A stretch of 64,000 nt of DNA from Sphingomonadales bacterium UBA1936 (GTDB lineage: Bacteria; Pseudomonadota; Alphaproteobacteria; Sphingomonadales; Sphingomonadaceae): positions 38,923-102,922 of the forward strand of contig DDFE01000151.1 of NCBI GenBank assembly GCA_002336985.1, written 5' to 3'. Under the pieces are notes generated by a model. That model made no database searches. It was not told where the DNA came from and saw only the letters and a program-made list of their open reading frames with translations. Shown in pieces: positions 10,016-20,197 of this stretch (its first letter is position 1; each line of letters opens with the position of its first letter). The position numbers were made by a program, and so were the translations under genes.

Positions 10016-10030
10016 CGGCAAACTATGCCG
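10016..10030. promoter_or_regulatory. Palindromic operator candidate CGGCA-N5-TGCCG (copy 1)
   Basis: CGGCAAACTATGCCG in the intergenic region upstream of the HAD/ABC operon. The same form recurs at 25308. Confidence 0.4.
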
Positions 10031-10166
10031 AAAGCAGCGGCAAATGGCTTGAGATGCGCTGCGAGCGGCCATGAGATCGGAGCAAAACTTCGGCGGCAAC
10101 ATGCGCTAATCATGGCAGGGAACGAGCCCGTCCGGCTCGCCGGTTCACGATGAGGAACACGTTGGC

Positions 10167-10832
10167 ATGACTTTCCGGCCGAAATATATCAGCTTCGATT
10201 GCTATGGTACGCTCACGCGCTTTCACATGTCAGACATGGCGCGGGCGGCTTACAAGGACATCGTTCCGGCAGACAAGATGGACGCGTTTCTCGTGGACTG
10301 GGCGCGCTACCGTTTGGACGAAGTGCTCGGCGACTGGAAGCCGTACAAGGACATCATCGCCAATTCTGTCGAACGGACCTGCAAGCGCTGGGGAATTGCC
10401 TATGACGAAGCATTTCCGAATGCCGTCTATGAGGCGGTGCCGACCTGGGGTCCCCACGACGACGTGCCCGGCGGGCTTGCGCCGATCGGCGACAAGATCC
10501 CGCTCGTCATCCTGTCGAACGCAAGCAATAGCCAGATTCAGTCGAACGTCGACAAGCTGGGGGCGCCGTTCCATGCGGTCTACACAGCCGAAATGGCGCA
10601 GGCCTACAAACCGCGCATGCAGGCATTCGAATATATGTTCGACCAGCTGGGCTGCGGCCCCGAGGAGATGATGCACGTCTCGTCGAGCTTTCGCTACGAT
10701 CACAACACCGCCAAGGATCTCCGCTTCGGCTGCCAGGTGTTCGTGGGCCGGGGTCACGAACCGTCGAACCCGTTCTACCGGGACGTCGAAATTCCGCACA
10801 TCGGTTGCCTTCCCGCCGTCGTCGGTCTCTGA
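10167..10832 (+). CDS. HAD-superfamily hydrolase (haloacid dehalogenase type II-like)
   Basis: Motif I FDCYGTL, motif II ILSN, YKP, MHVSSSFRYD. Confidence 0.85.
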   Translation: MTFRPKYISFDCYGTLTRFHMSDMARAAYKDIVPADKMDAFLVDWARYRLDEVLGDWKPYKDIIANSVERTCKRWGIAYDEAFPNAVYEAVPTWGPHDDVPGGLAPIGDKIPLVILSNASNSQIQSNVDKLGAPFHAVYTAEMAQAYKPRMQAFEYMFDQLGCGPEEMMHVSSSFRYDHNTAKDLRFGCQVFVGRGHEPSNPFYRDVEIPHIGCLPAVVGL

Positions 10833-10850
10833 GCGCAGGTGCTGCAGCCG

Positions 10851-12137
10851 ATGTCTCGGCCCAGTCCTGTTTCCTACTGGCTCGCGACCGCTCCTGCCTT
10901 TACCGGCGGCACGACGGACGCGCCCGAGGGGCAGGTCGACGTCGCGATCATCGGGGGTGGATTCACGGGACTGTCCGCGGCGCTGGCATTGCGCGAGCAG
11001 AACGCGAGTGTCGCGGTCCTAGAGGCCGGCGAAGTGATCGGACAAGCCTCGGGACGGAACGGCGGTCAGTGCAACAACGGCACCCATCAGGACTATGGAT
11101 CGCTGGTGGCAAGCCTTGGCCGCGACCGGGCTCAGGCCTATTATCGCGCCCATGTCGACGCCGTCGATTTCGTCGAACGGACCGTCGTGGACGCGGGGAT
11201 CGATTGCGATTTCAGACGATGCGGCAGGCTCAAGCTCGCCGCTAAACCCGATCATTTTGCCAAAATCGAAAAGGCCTATGCGCTGCTAAAGGCCGAAGTC
11301 GATCCGAACGTCGAACTGATCCCGCCCGACCGGATCGCTTCGGAAGTGGGATCGGACGCGTTCTTCGGCGGACTCCTCCAGACGACGAGCGCCCAGCTCC
11401 ACCCGGGGCGCTTCGGCGTCGGCCTTGCGAATGCCGCCGCCGCGCGGGGCGCGAAAATCTACGAGCATACCCCCGTGACCGATCTCGGCCGCGTCTCCGA
11501 TGGATGGGTGGTGCGGTCTGGCACGAGCGCGGTTCGCGCACGCCAGGTGCTGGTCGCCACCGGCGGGGCGCCCGTGCAGGCGCCGTTCCGCTGGTTCCGG
11601 CGCCGCCTGGTCAGCGTCGGAAGTTTCATCATCGCCACCGAACCGCTCGACAGGGCGCTCGTCGAACGGCTTTTCCCGCACCGCCGCAATTATGTGACGA
11701 GTCGTGTTATCGGCAATTTCTTCCGCCTCACAGCTGACGATCGTCTGATCTTTGGCGGACGGGCGCGTTTCGCCGTGTCAAACGCGGACTCCGACGCAAA
11801 AAGCGGCACCATCCTAATCGAGGCGATGCGGCGCATGTTTCCCAAACTCGCGGACGTCGGGATCGCTCACGTCTGGGGCGGCATGGTCGACCTGACGGCC
11901 GATCGCTTGCCCCGCGCGGGCGAGCACGAGGGGCTGTTCTACGCGATGGGGTACAGCGGTCACGGTGTCCAGATGTCGGTCTACATGGGTCGCCGAATGG
12001 TCGACTATATGGGCGGCGATACATCCGCCAACCCGTGGCACGACCTTGCCTGGCCCGCCGTGCCGGGGCTGCACGGGAAACCCTGGTTCCTCCCCGCGGT
12101 CGGCGCATGGTACAAACTGCAGGACATCCTCCATTGA
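10851..12137 (+). CDS. FAD-dependent amine oxidoreductase (PuuB/OrdL-like)
   Basis: SYW...VAIIGGGFTGLSAA, ASGRNGG, LHPGRF, GYSGHGV. Confidence 0.85.
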   Translation: MSRPSPVSYWLATAPAFTGGTTDAPEGQVDVAIIGGGFTGLSAALALREQNASVAVLEAGEVIGQASGRNGGQCNNGTHQDYGSLVASLGRDRAQAYYRAHVDAVDFVERTVVDAGIDCDFRRCGRLKLAAKPDHFAKIEKAYALLKAEVDPNVELIPPDRIASEVGSDAFFGGLLQTTSAQLHPGRFGVGLANAAAARGAKIYEHTPVTDLGRVSDGWVVRSGTSAVRARQVLVATGGAPVQAPFRWFRRRLVSVGSFIIATEPLDRALVERLFPHRRNYVTSRVIGNFFRLTADDRLIFGGRARFAVSNADSDAKSGTILIEAMRRMFPKLADVGIAHVWGGMVDLTADRLPRAGEHEGLFYAMGYSGHGVQMSVYMGRRMVDYMGGDTSANPWHDLAWPAVPGLHGKPWFLPAVGAWYKLQDILH

Positions 12138-13681
12138 TGGACGACGGCGCCCTGTCCCGCCGCGCCCTGCTGGGTGCCATGGGGATCTCGGCCGGTGGCC
12201 TGCTGCTCCCGGTCGGCCTCGAGGCCGCGGTGCCTCGGCGACCGCGACAGGGGGGCCGGATCCGCGCCGCATGTATCGGCCTCTCCACCGCCGATACGCT
12301 CGATCCTGCAAAGGGGTCGCTCTCGAGCGATTACGTCCGGCATTTCATGCTCTACAATTGCCTGACCGAGCTGGATCCTTCGCTGCGTGCGATCCCTTCG
12401 CTCGCCGAAAGCCTTTCCAGCAACGACCAGGCAATGTGGCACATCCGGCTGCGCAAGGGCGTCACGTTTCACAACGGCAAACCGCTGACGTCGGCGGACG
12501 TCATATACTCGCTGTTTCGCCACAAGAATCCGGCGACCGGGTCCAAGCTCGCGACCATTGCAGAACAGTTCAAGTCCATTCGCGCCAACGGCCCCCTCGA
12601 CATTGTCCTGCAACTCGACGGTCCCAACGCCGATCTTCCCGTGATCCTGGCGCAGTCGCATTTCTCGATCATCCCCAATGGCGAGAAGCAATTTACCGGC
12701 GGGAACGGGACCGGGCCCTACAAGCTTGCAGCCTTCACGCCGGGTGTACGGACGCTCGGCAGGCGGAACACGAACTACTGGAAACCCGGCCGTCCCTATC
12801 TGGACGAGATCGAACTTATCGGCATTCCCGACGAGGTCAGCCGGGTGAATGCGCTACTCTCGGGCGACATCCACATGGCGCTTGCCGTCAACCCGCGCTC
12901 GACCAAGCGCGTCGCCGCATCGCCGCGCCATATCGTCCGGGAAACACCGTCGGCGCTCTACACGAACCTCATCATGCGCCAGGACCAGTTGCCGACGTCC
13001 AATCCGCACTTCGTCTTGGGCATGAAGCACCTGATCGACAGGCCGCTCATCAAGCGCGCGCTGTTTCGTAACTATGCGACGATCGCAAACGATCATCCGA
13101 TTCCGCCCTTCCATCCCTATTACCGCAACGACCTGCCGCAAACCGTCATGGACCTCGACAGGGCGAAGTGGCATCTCCAGCGCGCGGGCATCGGGCAAAC
13201 GCGACTGCCCCTCTATGCGTCGCCGGCGGCCGAAGGATCGGTCGACATGGCCTCGGTCCTTCAGGAATATGGCGCTCGCGTCGGACTCAATCTCGCGGTC
13301 AATCGCGTGCCGGCCGACGGCTATTGGTCGACCCACTGGATGAAACATCCGCTGGGCTTCGGCAACACCAACCCCCGCCCGACGGCGGACCTCATCTTCA
13401 GCCTGTTCTACAAGTCCGATGCCGCCTGGAACGAGTCGGGCTGGAAGAATCCGCGGTTCGACCGCTTGCTTCTCGAGGCCCGCGGCGAAGCCGACAATGG
13501 GCGGCGCAAGCAGATCTATGGCGACATGCAGGGTCTCGTGCGTCAATATTGCGGTTCGGGAATCCCGGTCTTCATCAGTCTCCTCGACGGCTATGACCGC
13601 CGCCTCAAGGGCTGGTATCCCGTACCACTGGGCGGTTTCATGGGTTACGCCTTTGCCGAACACCTCTGGTGGGAGGACTGA
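12137..13681 (+). CDS. ABC transporter substrate-binding protein, family 5 (peptide/opine/nickel), Tat signal
   Basis: SRRALL twin-arginine motif, LRKGVTFHNGKPLTSADV, GTGPYKL. ATG overlaps the upstream TGA. Confidence 0.9.
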   Translation: MDDGALSRRALLGAMGISAGGLLLPVGLEAAVPRRPRQGGRIRAACIGLSTADTLDPAKGSLSSDYVRHFMLYNCLTELDPSLRAIPSLAESLSSNDQAMWHIRLRKGVTFHNGKPLTSADVIYSLFRHKNPATGSKLATIAEQFKSIRANGPLDIVLQLDGPNADLPVILAQSHFSIIPNGEKQFTGGNGTGPYKLAAFTPGVRTLGRRNTNYWKPGRPYLDEIELIGIPDEVSRVNALLSGDIHMALAVNPRSTKRVAASPRHIVRETPSALYTNLIMRQDQLPTSNPHFVLGMKHLIDRPLIKRALFRNYATIANDHPIPPFHPYYRNDLPQTVMDLDRAKWHLQRAGIGQTRLPLYASPAAEGSVDMASVLQEYGARVGLNLAVNRVPADGYWSTHWMKHPLGFGNTNPRPTADLIFSLFYKSDAAWNESGWKNPRFDRLLLEARGEADNGRRKQIYGDMQGLVRQYCGSGIPVFISLLDGYDRRLKGWYPVPLGGFMGYAFAEHLWWED

Positions 13682-13686
13682 TCCTG

Positions 13687-14664
13687 ATGATCTCCGGACC
13701 CGCAAACGGCACGAACCGCGTCCTGCGCCTCATCGCGGGACGTATCGGCGCGGCGATGCTGACCCTGTTCCTCGTTTCGCTAATCATATTCGCGATCAGC
13801 GACCTTCTGCCCGGCGACGCCGCGCAGGAAGCACTCGGGCAGACGGCGACACCCGCCCAGGTCGCAGCGCTGCGCCATGAAATGGGGCTCGATCGCCCGG
13901 CATACGAGCGGTTCGGGAGCTGGATCGTCAGCCTTGCAGGTGGTGATGCCGGTACTTCGCTGGTCGCCAACATGCCGGTCGGGAAGATCATAGCGCAACG
14001 ACTGCCGAACTCGTTGCTGCTCGCGGCGATCACGACGCTCGTCGCCGTCCCGCTTGCGCTGGCAATCGGCATCGCGTCTGCCATGAACCGGGGCGGCCGT
14101 CTCGACCGGGCGCTCAATATCGCGACGCTGTCGATGGTCGCAGTCCCCGAATTTCTCGTCGCCACACTCGCAGTCCTCATCTTTTCGGTGAAGCTCAGAT
14201 GGCTGCCATCCATCTCGATGCTCCCGGAAAAAGCGAGCTGGGCGCAGCTGTTCCAGAATTTCGCGATGCCCGTCATGGCGCTTTGCGTTGTCGTCGTCGC
14301 GCAGATGGCGCGCATGACGCGTGCGGCGGTGATCGACCAGTTCGACCGCCCCTACGTCGAGATGGCAATTCTCAAAGGCCTGAGCGCCCCGCGCGTCGTG
14401 CTGTTTCACATCCTGCCGAACGCGGTTGGTCCGATCGTCAATGCCATGGCGTTGAGCCTGTCCTACCTGCTCGGCGGCGCGATTATCGTCGAGACGATCT
14501 TCAACTACCCTGGACTTGCCAGCCTGATGGTGAATGCCGTGACCAGCCGCGACATGCCGCTGTTGCAAGCCTGCGCGATGATCTTCTGCGCCGTCTATCT
14601 TCTCCTCATGCTGATTGCCGACGTCGTGGCGATCGTCGCCAATCCGCGGCTTCGCAACGCATGA
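13687..14664 (+). CDS. ABC transporter permease (DppB-like)
   Basis: LPGDAA, PYVEMAILKGL (EAA loop), IVETIFNYPGL. Confidence 0.9.
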   Translation: MISGPANGTNRVLRLIAGRIGAAMLTLFLVSLIIFAISDLLPGDAAQEALGQTATPAQVAALRHEMGLDRPAYERFGSWIVSLAGGDAGTSLVANMPVGKIIAQRLPNSLLLAAITTLVAVPLALAIGIASAMNRGGRLDRALNIATLSMVAVPEFLVATLAVLIFSVKLRWLPSISMLPEKASWAQLFQNFAMPVMALCVVVVAQMARMTRAAVIDQFDRPYVEMAILKGLSAPRVVLFHILPNAVGPIVNAMALSLSYLLGGAIIVETIFNYPGLASLMVNAVTSRDMPLLQACAMIFCAVYLLLMLIADVVAIVANPRLRNA

Positions 14665-15491
14665 CGCCCGCCGCCGCCCTTCGATGGTTCGCGCGCTTGC
14701 CCGTCTCGGGCAAGGTGGGGCTGATCTTCGTGGTCTTCTGGAGCCTCGTGGCGCTGGCGGGTCCCCTGTTCGCCCCCTATTCGGTCGGCGCGTTCGTCGA
14801 CCAGGACGTGTTCAGCAGCTTCTCGGACCGTTTCCTGCTCGGTAGCGATTATCTCGGTCGCGATGTGCTGAGCCGGCTGCTGTATGCCGCACGCTACACG
14901 GTCGGGCTGGGAGCCGGGGCCGCGCTACTGGCCTGCGTCACGGGCACGTCGCTCGCCTTGACCGCCGCAGTCGGAAAGCCCTGGCTCGACGAGCTCCTCT
15001 CGCGGTTCATGGACACTTTCATCTCGATCCCGTCGAAGATCCTGGCGCTGGTCATGGTCGCCGCCTTCGGCTCCTCGCTCGGGCTGCTGCTGCTCATTGC
15101 CGGGATCACCTACATTCCGGGCAACTACCGGATTGCTCGCGCGCTCGCGGTCAATCTCAACCAGATGGATTTCGTCCAGGTTGCACGCGCCCGCGGCGAG
15201 CGGACAACCTACATCGCGCTTTCCGAAATCTTGCCGAACATGATCCACCCGCTGCTTGCGGATTTCGGGCTTCGCTTCGTTTTCATCGTGCTGCTCTTGT
15301 CCGCGCTCAGTTTCCTGGGGCTCGGCGTCCAGCCGCCCGCGGCGGACCTCGGTTCGCTGGTCCGCGAAAACATATCGGGCGTCGCCGACGGAGCGCCTGC
15401 GCTTCTCATGCCCGCCCTTGCCATCGCGACGCTGACCGTGGGCGTGAACCTACTTATCGACGCCATTTCCAGCTCGCCGAGGCGCAAATGA
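14661..15491 (+). CDS. ABC transporter permease (DppC-like)
   Basis: LLGSDYLGRDVLSR, FVQVARARGE, LSFLGLGVQPP; ATGA overlap with the upstream gene. Confidence 0.9.
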   Translation: MTPAAALRWFARLPVSGKVGLIFVVFWSLVALAGPLFAPYSVGAFVDQDVFSSFSDRFLLGSDYLGRDVLSRLLYAARYTVGLGAGAALLACVTGTSLALTAAVGKPWLDELLSRFMDTFISIPSKILALVMVAAFGSSLGLLLLIAGITYIPGNYRIARALAVNLNQMDFVQVARARGERTTYIALSEILPNMIHPLLADFGLRFVFIVLLLSALSFLGLGVQPPAADLGSLVRENISGVADGAPALLMPALAIATLTVGVNLLIDAISSSPRRK

Positions 15492-17311
15492 TCCCCCAGG
15501 TCCGCGTCGAGAACCTGCGTATTTGCGCGCGCGACGCGCAGGGTGCGCCGATCGTCATCGTCGACGACGTCAGCTTCGGGGCGGCGCCCGGCGAAGTCAT
15601 TGCATTGATCGGCGAATCCGGCTCCGGCAAGACGACGATCGCGCTTTCGCTGCTGGGCCATGTTCGCCCTGGTGCCGCAATCGAGGGGGGACGCATTCAT
15701 GTCGGCGCGCACGAAATCACCGCATTGCCCGCAAGCGAATTGCGCGCGCTGCGGGGGAATCGCATCGCTTATGTGGCACAGAGCGCGGCGGCGGCGTTCA
15801 ACCCGTCGCGGACGCTGATCGACCAGGTCGTCGAACCTGCGCTGGTGCACAAGCTGATGTCGCGCGCCGGGGCCCGGAAGAAAGCGATAGACCTGTTTCG
15901 CGCGCTTGGCCTTCCCGACCCTGACACCATTGGCGACCGCTACCCTCATCAGCTTTCGGGAGGCCAGCTCCAGCGTCTCATGGCCGCGATGGCGCTCATT
16001 ACCGGACCGGACTTGGTAGTCCTCGACGAGCCAACGACCGCGCTCGACGTGACGACACAAATCGGTGTCCTTCAAGCCTTCCGCGCCGTCGTACGCGACC
16101 TCGGGACGACCGCGGTCTACGTCAGCCACGACCTCGCCGTGGTCGCGCAGATGGCCGACCAGATCGTCGTGCTCAATCACGGCCGCATCCGAGAAACGGG
16201 TTCGACGGCGCAAATCCTGTCGGCGCCGACGGACGATTACACGCGCACGCTCGTCGCCGCCGCAAAGCCCGCAGCCAATTTGGGAACGAACGGTCGTCCG
16301 GCGCCTGTCCCCTTGCTCGAGGTCCGCAACCTCACTGCAGGCTATGGAAGGATCGACGCACAGGGCACGCCGGCCATCCCGGTCCTGCGCGACATTTCGC
16401 TTACGCTGCAGCGGGGCGAGATCCTGGGTGTCATCGGCGAATCGGGATCGGGCAAGTCGACGCTCGCCCGCGCCATCTCCGGCCTGCTGCCGGCGGCCAA
16501 GGGCGAGATCCTCCTCGATGACACCGCGCTGCGGCCCGGCCTCGAAGGGCGCTCACGCGACCAGTTCCGCCGGGTGCAGATCGTTTTCCAGAACGCCGAT
16601 GTCGCCCTCAACCCCTCGCATAGTGTCGGCCAGATCCTGAAGCGGCCGCTCGCCTTTTACCACGGCATCAAGGGCAAGGAGGCCGATGCGAAAATCGCCG
16701 AACTGCTCGACCGTATCCATTTGCCGCGCGCGACGGCCGACCGGCGCTGCACCGATCTGTCCGGTGGGCAAAAGCAACGCGTCAACCTCGCCCGCGCACT
16801 CGCCGCCGGACCCGACCTTATCCTGTGCGACGAGGTCACATCCGCTCTCGACACCGTCGTCGCAGCGGCAATTCTCGATCTTCTCGCAGAACTTCGCCGC
16901 GAGCTCGGCATCGCCATGATGTTTATCAGCCACGATATTTCCACGGTGCGGTCGATCTGCGACGATATCATGGTGCTGTATCTGGGCGACGTGGTCGATC
17001 GCGGCCCGCGCACGGCGTTCGGCGAGCCACCATACCACCCCTATACCGACTTGCTGATCTCGTCGGTCCCCAAGATGGAGCAGGGCTGGTTGCAGGCCCG
17101 CGGTATAGTCGGCGATCTGCCGCCGGTGGCCGACAGCCTGTCCCCGGACTTGTGCCGCTTCCTGCCGCGCTGCGGGATGAGGCTCGCCGGTGCGTGCGAC
17201 ACGGTCTTCCCGCCGCGCCATCGGCTGTCGTCGGGAAATGACATCCTCTGCCACCGCGACGAGGCAGCGCTCGCCGCTCATCAGGGCAAGGGGCTCAGGG
17301 AGCCCGCATGA
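15488..17311 (+). CDS. ABC transporter ATP-binding protein, fused DppD/DppF type
   Basis: Two GESGSGK Walker A motifs, two LSGGQ signatures, C-terminal HPYT and Cys tail. Confidence 0.92.
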   Translation: MIPQVRVENLRICARDAQGAPIVIVDDVSFGAAPGEVIALIGESGSGKTTIALSLLGHVRPGAAIEGGRIHVGAHEITALPASELRALRGNRIAYVAQSAAAAFNPSRTLIDQVVEPALVHKLMSRAGARKKAIDLFRALGLPDPDTIGDRYPHQLSGGQLQRLMAAMALITGPDLVVLDEPTTALDVTTQIGVLQAFRAVVRDLGTTAVYVSHDLAVVAQMADQIVVLNHGRIRETGSTAQILSAPTDDYTRTLVAAAKPAANLGTNGRPAPVPLLEVRNLTAGYGRIDAQGTPAIPVLRDISLTLQRGEILGVIGESGSGKSTLARAISGLLPAAKGEILLDDTALRPGLEGRSRDQFRRVQIVFQNADVALNPSHSVGQILKRPLAFYHGIKGKEADAKIAELLDRIHLPRATADRRCTDLSGGQKQRVNLARALAAGPDLILCDEVTSALDTVVAAAILDLLAELRRELGIAMMFISHDISTVRSICDDIMVLYLGDVVDRGPRTAFGEPPYHPYTDLLISSVPKMEQGWLQARGIVGDLPPVADSLSPDLCRFLPRCGMRLAGACDTVFPPRHRLSSGNDILCHRDEAALAAHQGKGLREPA

Positions 17312-17616
17312 CCGCGCGCTTCGTCCGCCTTGCCGAGACGGAGCGTGCGCAGGTGCGCTTTCATGTTGATGGCCGTGCCATCGATGCGCTCGCCGGCGAT
17401 ACATTGCTCGTCGCGATGCTGACCAACGGCAGACGCCTGCGTCAATCCGAATTCGGCGACGGAACACGCGCTGGCTTTTGCCTGATGGCCGCCTGCCAGG
17501 ACTGCTGGGTATGGACGGACGAAGGGACCAAGATCCGCGCCTGTTCCACGCCGGTGGCCGATGGTCTCAACATCGTGACAACCGAGCCGGAGGCGACGTG
17601 GGCGAACCGCGTATAA
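17308..17616 (+). CDS. 2Fe-2S ferredoxin-like subunit (HcnA/opine oxidase-associated)
   Basis: GFCLMAACQDCWV...RACST. Confidence 0.85.
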   Translation: MTARFVRLAETERAQVRFHVDGRAIDALAGDTLLVAMLTNGRRLRQSEFGDGTRAGFCLMAACQDCWVWTDEGTKIRACSTPVADGLNIVTTEPEATWANRV

Positions 17617-18977
17617 TCGTCGTCGGCGCGGGTCCAGCGGGCGTCAGGGCGGCCGAGGCGCTCGTCGCGGCAGGCATACGGCCCGTCATCATCGACGAGG
17701 CACTCCGCGCGGGCGGCCAGATCTACCGGCGTCAGCCCGATGGGTTCGTCCGGAACTACGCCACGCTCTACGGCTCGGAAGCAGCGCGCGCGCGTGGCGT
17801 GCATGCGACGTTCGATGCCATCATTCCGCAGGTCGACTACCGCCCCGAAACGCTCGTCTGGCATATCTTTGACGACACAATCTGGACCCTGGGCCCCGAC
17901 GGCCGGCACGAAGCGATCCCGTTCGACGCCCTGATCCTCTGCACAGGCGCGACCGACCGGCTGATGCCGGTGAAAGGTTGGCACCACGCGGGCGCCTACA
18001 GCTTGGGCGCGGCGCAAATCGCCTTGAAAGCGCAAGCCTGCGCAATTGGCCGCGAGATCGTGTTCCTTGGCGCCGGACCGCTCTTGTATCTGGTCGCCGC
18101 GCAATATGTGAAAGCGGGCGCAAAGGTCGTGGCTGTTCTCGATACAGCCCCGTTTTCGAAACGCATCGCCGCCCTGCCGTGGCTTCTCGCCCAGCCGGGC
18201 ATCTTGTGGGACGGGCTCGCGCTGACGCTCGCGCTCAAGAAGGCGGGCGTCGCGGTGCACCACGGCATCGAGCCCGTGGAAATCCTCGGCGACCGCGAAG
18301 ATGGCGTTCGCGGCGTGACCGCGCGCGCGCCCGGCGGACGTACCCTGCACTTTGCCTGCGACGCGATCGGCATGGGATACCATCTCCGGCCCGAAACACA
18401 GCTCGCCGACCTCGCACGCTGCGACTTCGCGTTCGACGCCACCAGCCGCCAATGGATTCCGAGACGCGATGCGGGCGGGCGGACCTCGGCCAAGGGCGTG
18501 TACCTGGGCGGCGACGGGGCGCAGATTCTCGGCGCGCGCTCCGCCGAGGCGAGCGGCCGCCTGGCAGCGCTGACGGCACTTGGCGATCTCGGATTGGCCA
18601 CCGATGGCCAAGAGCAGGCGCGCCTCCGCAAGGCGATTTCGCGCTACGCCAAGTTCGCAAAGGGTCTGACGAAGGCGTTCCCCTGGCCGATTGCGCAGGC
18701 GGCGGCGCTGCCCGACGACGCCATTCTCTGTCGCTGCGAAAGTATCACCGCTGGCGAACTCCGCGCGATCGTGAACGAAACCGGCGCGCACGAGGCTAAT
18801 CGGGCAAAGGCATTCAGCCGGGTCGGCATGGGCCGGTGTCAGGGCCGCTATTGCGGTCTTGCCGCCGCCGAGGTCATCGCCGCCGAAGCGAGAGTGCCGA
18901 TCGAGACGGTCGGACGCCTGCGCGGCGCTGCGCCCGTCAAACCCATCGCCGCCGGTTCGGCGGGCACCCCAGCATGA
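17598..18977 (+). CDS. FAD/NAD(P)-dependent oxidoreductase with BFD-like C-terminal Fe-S domain (HcnB/OoxA-like)
   Basis: GTG start after GGAGG; VGAGPAG, GGQIYR, LCRCE, RVGMGRCQGRYC. Confidence 0.88.
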   Translation: MGEPRIIVVGAGPAGVRAAEALVAAGIRPVIIDEALRAGGQIYRRQPDGFVRNYATLYGSEAARARGVHATFDAIIPQVDYRPETLVWHIFDDTIWTLGPDGRHEAIPFDALILCTGATDRLMPVKGWHHAGAYSLGAAQIALKAQACAIGREIVFLGAGPLLYLVAAQYVKAGAKVVAVLDTAPFSKRIAALPWLLAQPGILWDGLALTLALKKAGVAVHHGIEPVEILGDREDGVRGVTARAPGGRTLHFACDAIGMGYHLRPETQLADLARCDFAFDATSRQWIPRRDAGGRTSAKGVYLGGDGAQILGARSAEASGRLAALTALGDLGLATDGQEQARLRKAISRYAKFAKGLTKAFPWPIAQAAALPDDAILCRCESITAGELRAIVNETGAHEANRAKAFSRVGMGRCQGRYCGLAAAEVIAAEARVPIETVGRLRGAAPVKPIAAGSAGTPA

Positions 18978-20107
18978 CCACCCGCGCGCAATCCGACGTC
19001 CTGATCATCGGTGGCGGAATCATGGGGTGCGCCTCGGCCTTCTACCTGCGCCGGTACGGGCTGTCCGTGACGTTGCTCGAAAGCGATCTCGTGGGACGGC
19101 AGGCGAGCGGCACCAACTTCGGCAACGTCCGGCGCCAAGGTCGTCCGCTTTACCAGCTTGCCCTCGCCAACCGCGCGATGACGACATGGCGGAACGCGCG
19201 CGAACTGCTCGGCACGGACATCGAGTATCTCGAACGGGGCCATATGCGCATCTGCTACCGCGACCGGCCCGAAACGGCCGAACGCATGGAAGCTTACGCC
19301 GCCAACGCCGCGCACCACGACCTCGACCTAGAACTGCTCTCTGGTAATGCGCTGCGCGATCGCTTTCCCTGGATCGGGTCGGAAGTGATGCTCGGCAGCC
19401 TGTCGTCAAAATGCGGTCATGCCAATCCGAGACTCGTCGGCCCGGCCCTCGCGCGCGCAGCGGTGCGCAGAGGCGCGATCGTGCACGAAAATTGCAACGT
19501 TGCACAAGCGCGCAAGGATGGGATCGATTTTCGTGTCGTCGCGGACGACGGACGCGAATTCCGTGCGCCGGTCTTGCTGGTCACGGCAGGGGCTTGGGCG
19601 AAGGCGTTCGTCGAAGGATTCGGCGAAAGCATCGCTTTGACGTCGCGGGGTCCCAACATGTGCGTGACCGAACCACTGCCCTATGCGATCGGCCCATCGA
19701 TTGGCGTTTCGACATCCGACACTCTGGAATCGGTCTACTTCCGGCAGGTCGAGCGCGGCAATCTCGTAATCGGCGGCAGCTGGCAAAACCGGACGTACCC
19801 GGACGAACGCCGGGTCTACATCGATCCTGCGCACAGCATCGGCCAGTGGCAGCAATTGCAGCGGCTTATTCCAGCGGTTGCGAAACTGAACATCATCCGG
19901 ACCTGGAGCGGCATCGAGAGTTATACGCCCGACGAACAGCCGGTGCTTGGACCGAGCAGCGCCGTCAGCGGACTCTACTACGCATTCGGGTTTTCCGGCG
20001 CTGGATTTCAGATCGGACCCGGCGTTGGCGAGACGATTGCGGAATTGATCGCAACAGGGACGACCGACATCGACCTGTCGCATTATCGCCTCGACCGCTT
20101 CCACTGA
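18974..20107 (+). CDS. FAD-dependent oxidoreductase, DAO/sarcosine oxidase beta family (HcnC/OoxB-like)
   Basis: IIGGGIMG, ASGTNFG, GHANPR, FGFSGAGFQIGP; ATGA overlap. Confidence 0.88.
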   Translation: MTTRAQSDVLIIGGGIMGCASAFYLRRYGLSVTLLESDLVGRQASGTNFGNVRRQGRPLYQLALANRAMTTWRNARELLGTDIEYLERGHMRICYRDRPETAERMEAYAANAAHHDLDLELLSGNALRDRFPWIGSEVMLGSLSSKCGHANPRLVGPALARAAVRRGAIVHENCNVAQARKDGIDFRVVADDGREFRAPVLLVTAGAWAKAFVEGFGESIALTSRGPNMCVTEPLPYAIGPSIGVSTSDTLESVYFRQVERGNLVIGGSWQNRTYPDERRVYIDPAHSIGQWQQLQRLIPAVAKLNIIRTWSGIESYTPDEQPVLGPSSAVSGLYYAFGFSGAGFQIGPGVGETIAELIATGTTDIDLSHYRLDRFH

Positions 20108-20197
20108 GAGCGGCGCGCCCGAAGCGCATCCCGGCCGTCGCCGGACGAAGGGCGCCCGGAACGTGCTTTCCGCGATGTCCCGGGCCTCCCCAAGCCC

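Noticed and set aside
17308-20107. Hydrogen cyanide synthase hcnABC
   Set aside because: Same architecture, but its position downstream of an ABC importer among catabolic genes fits an opine or D-amino-acid oxidase better, so no hcn symbols were assigned.
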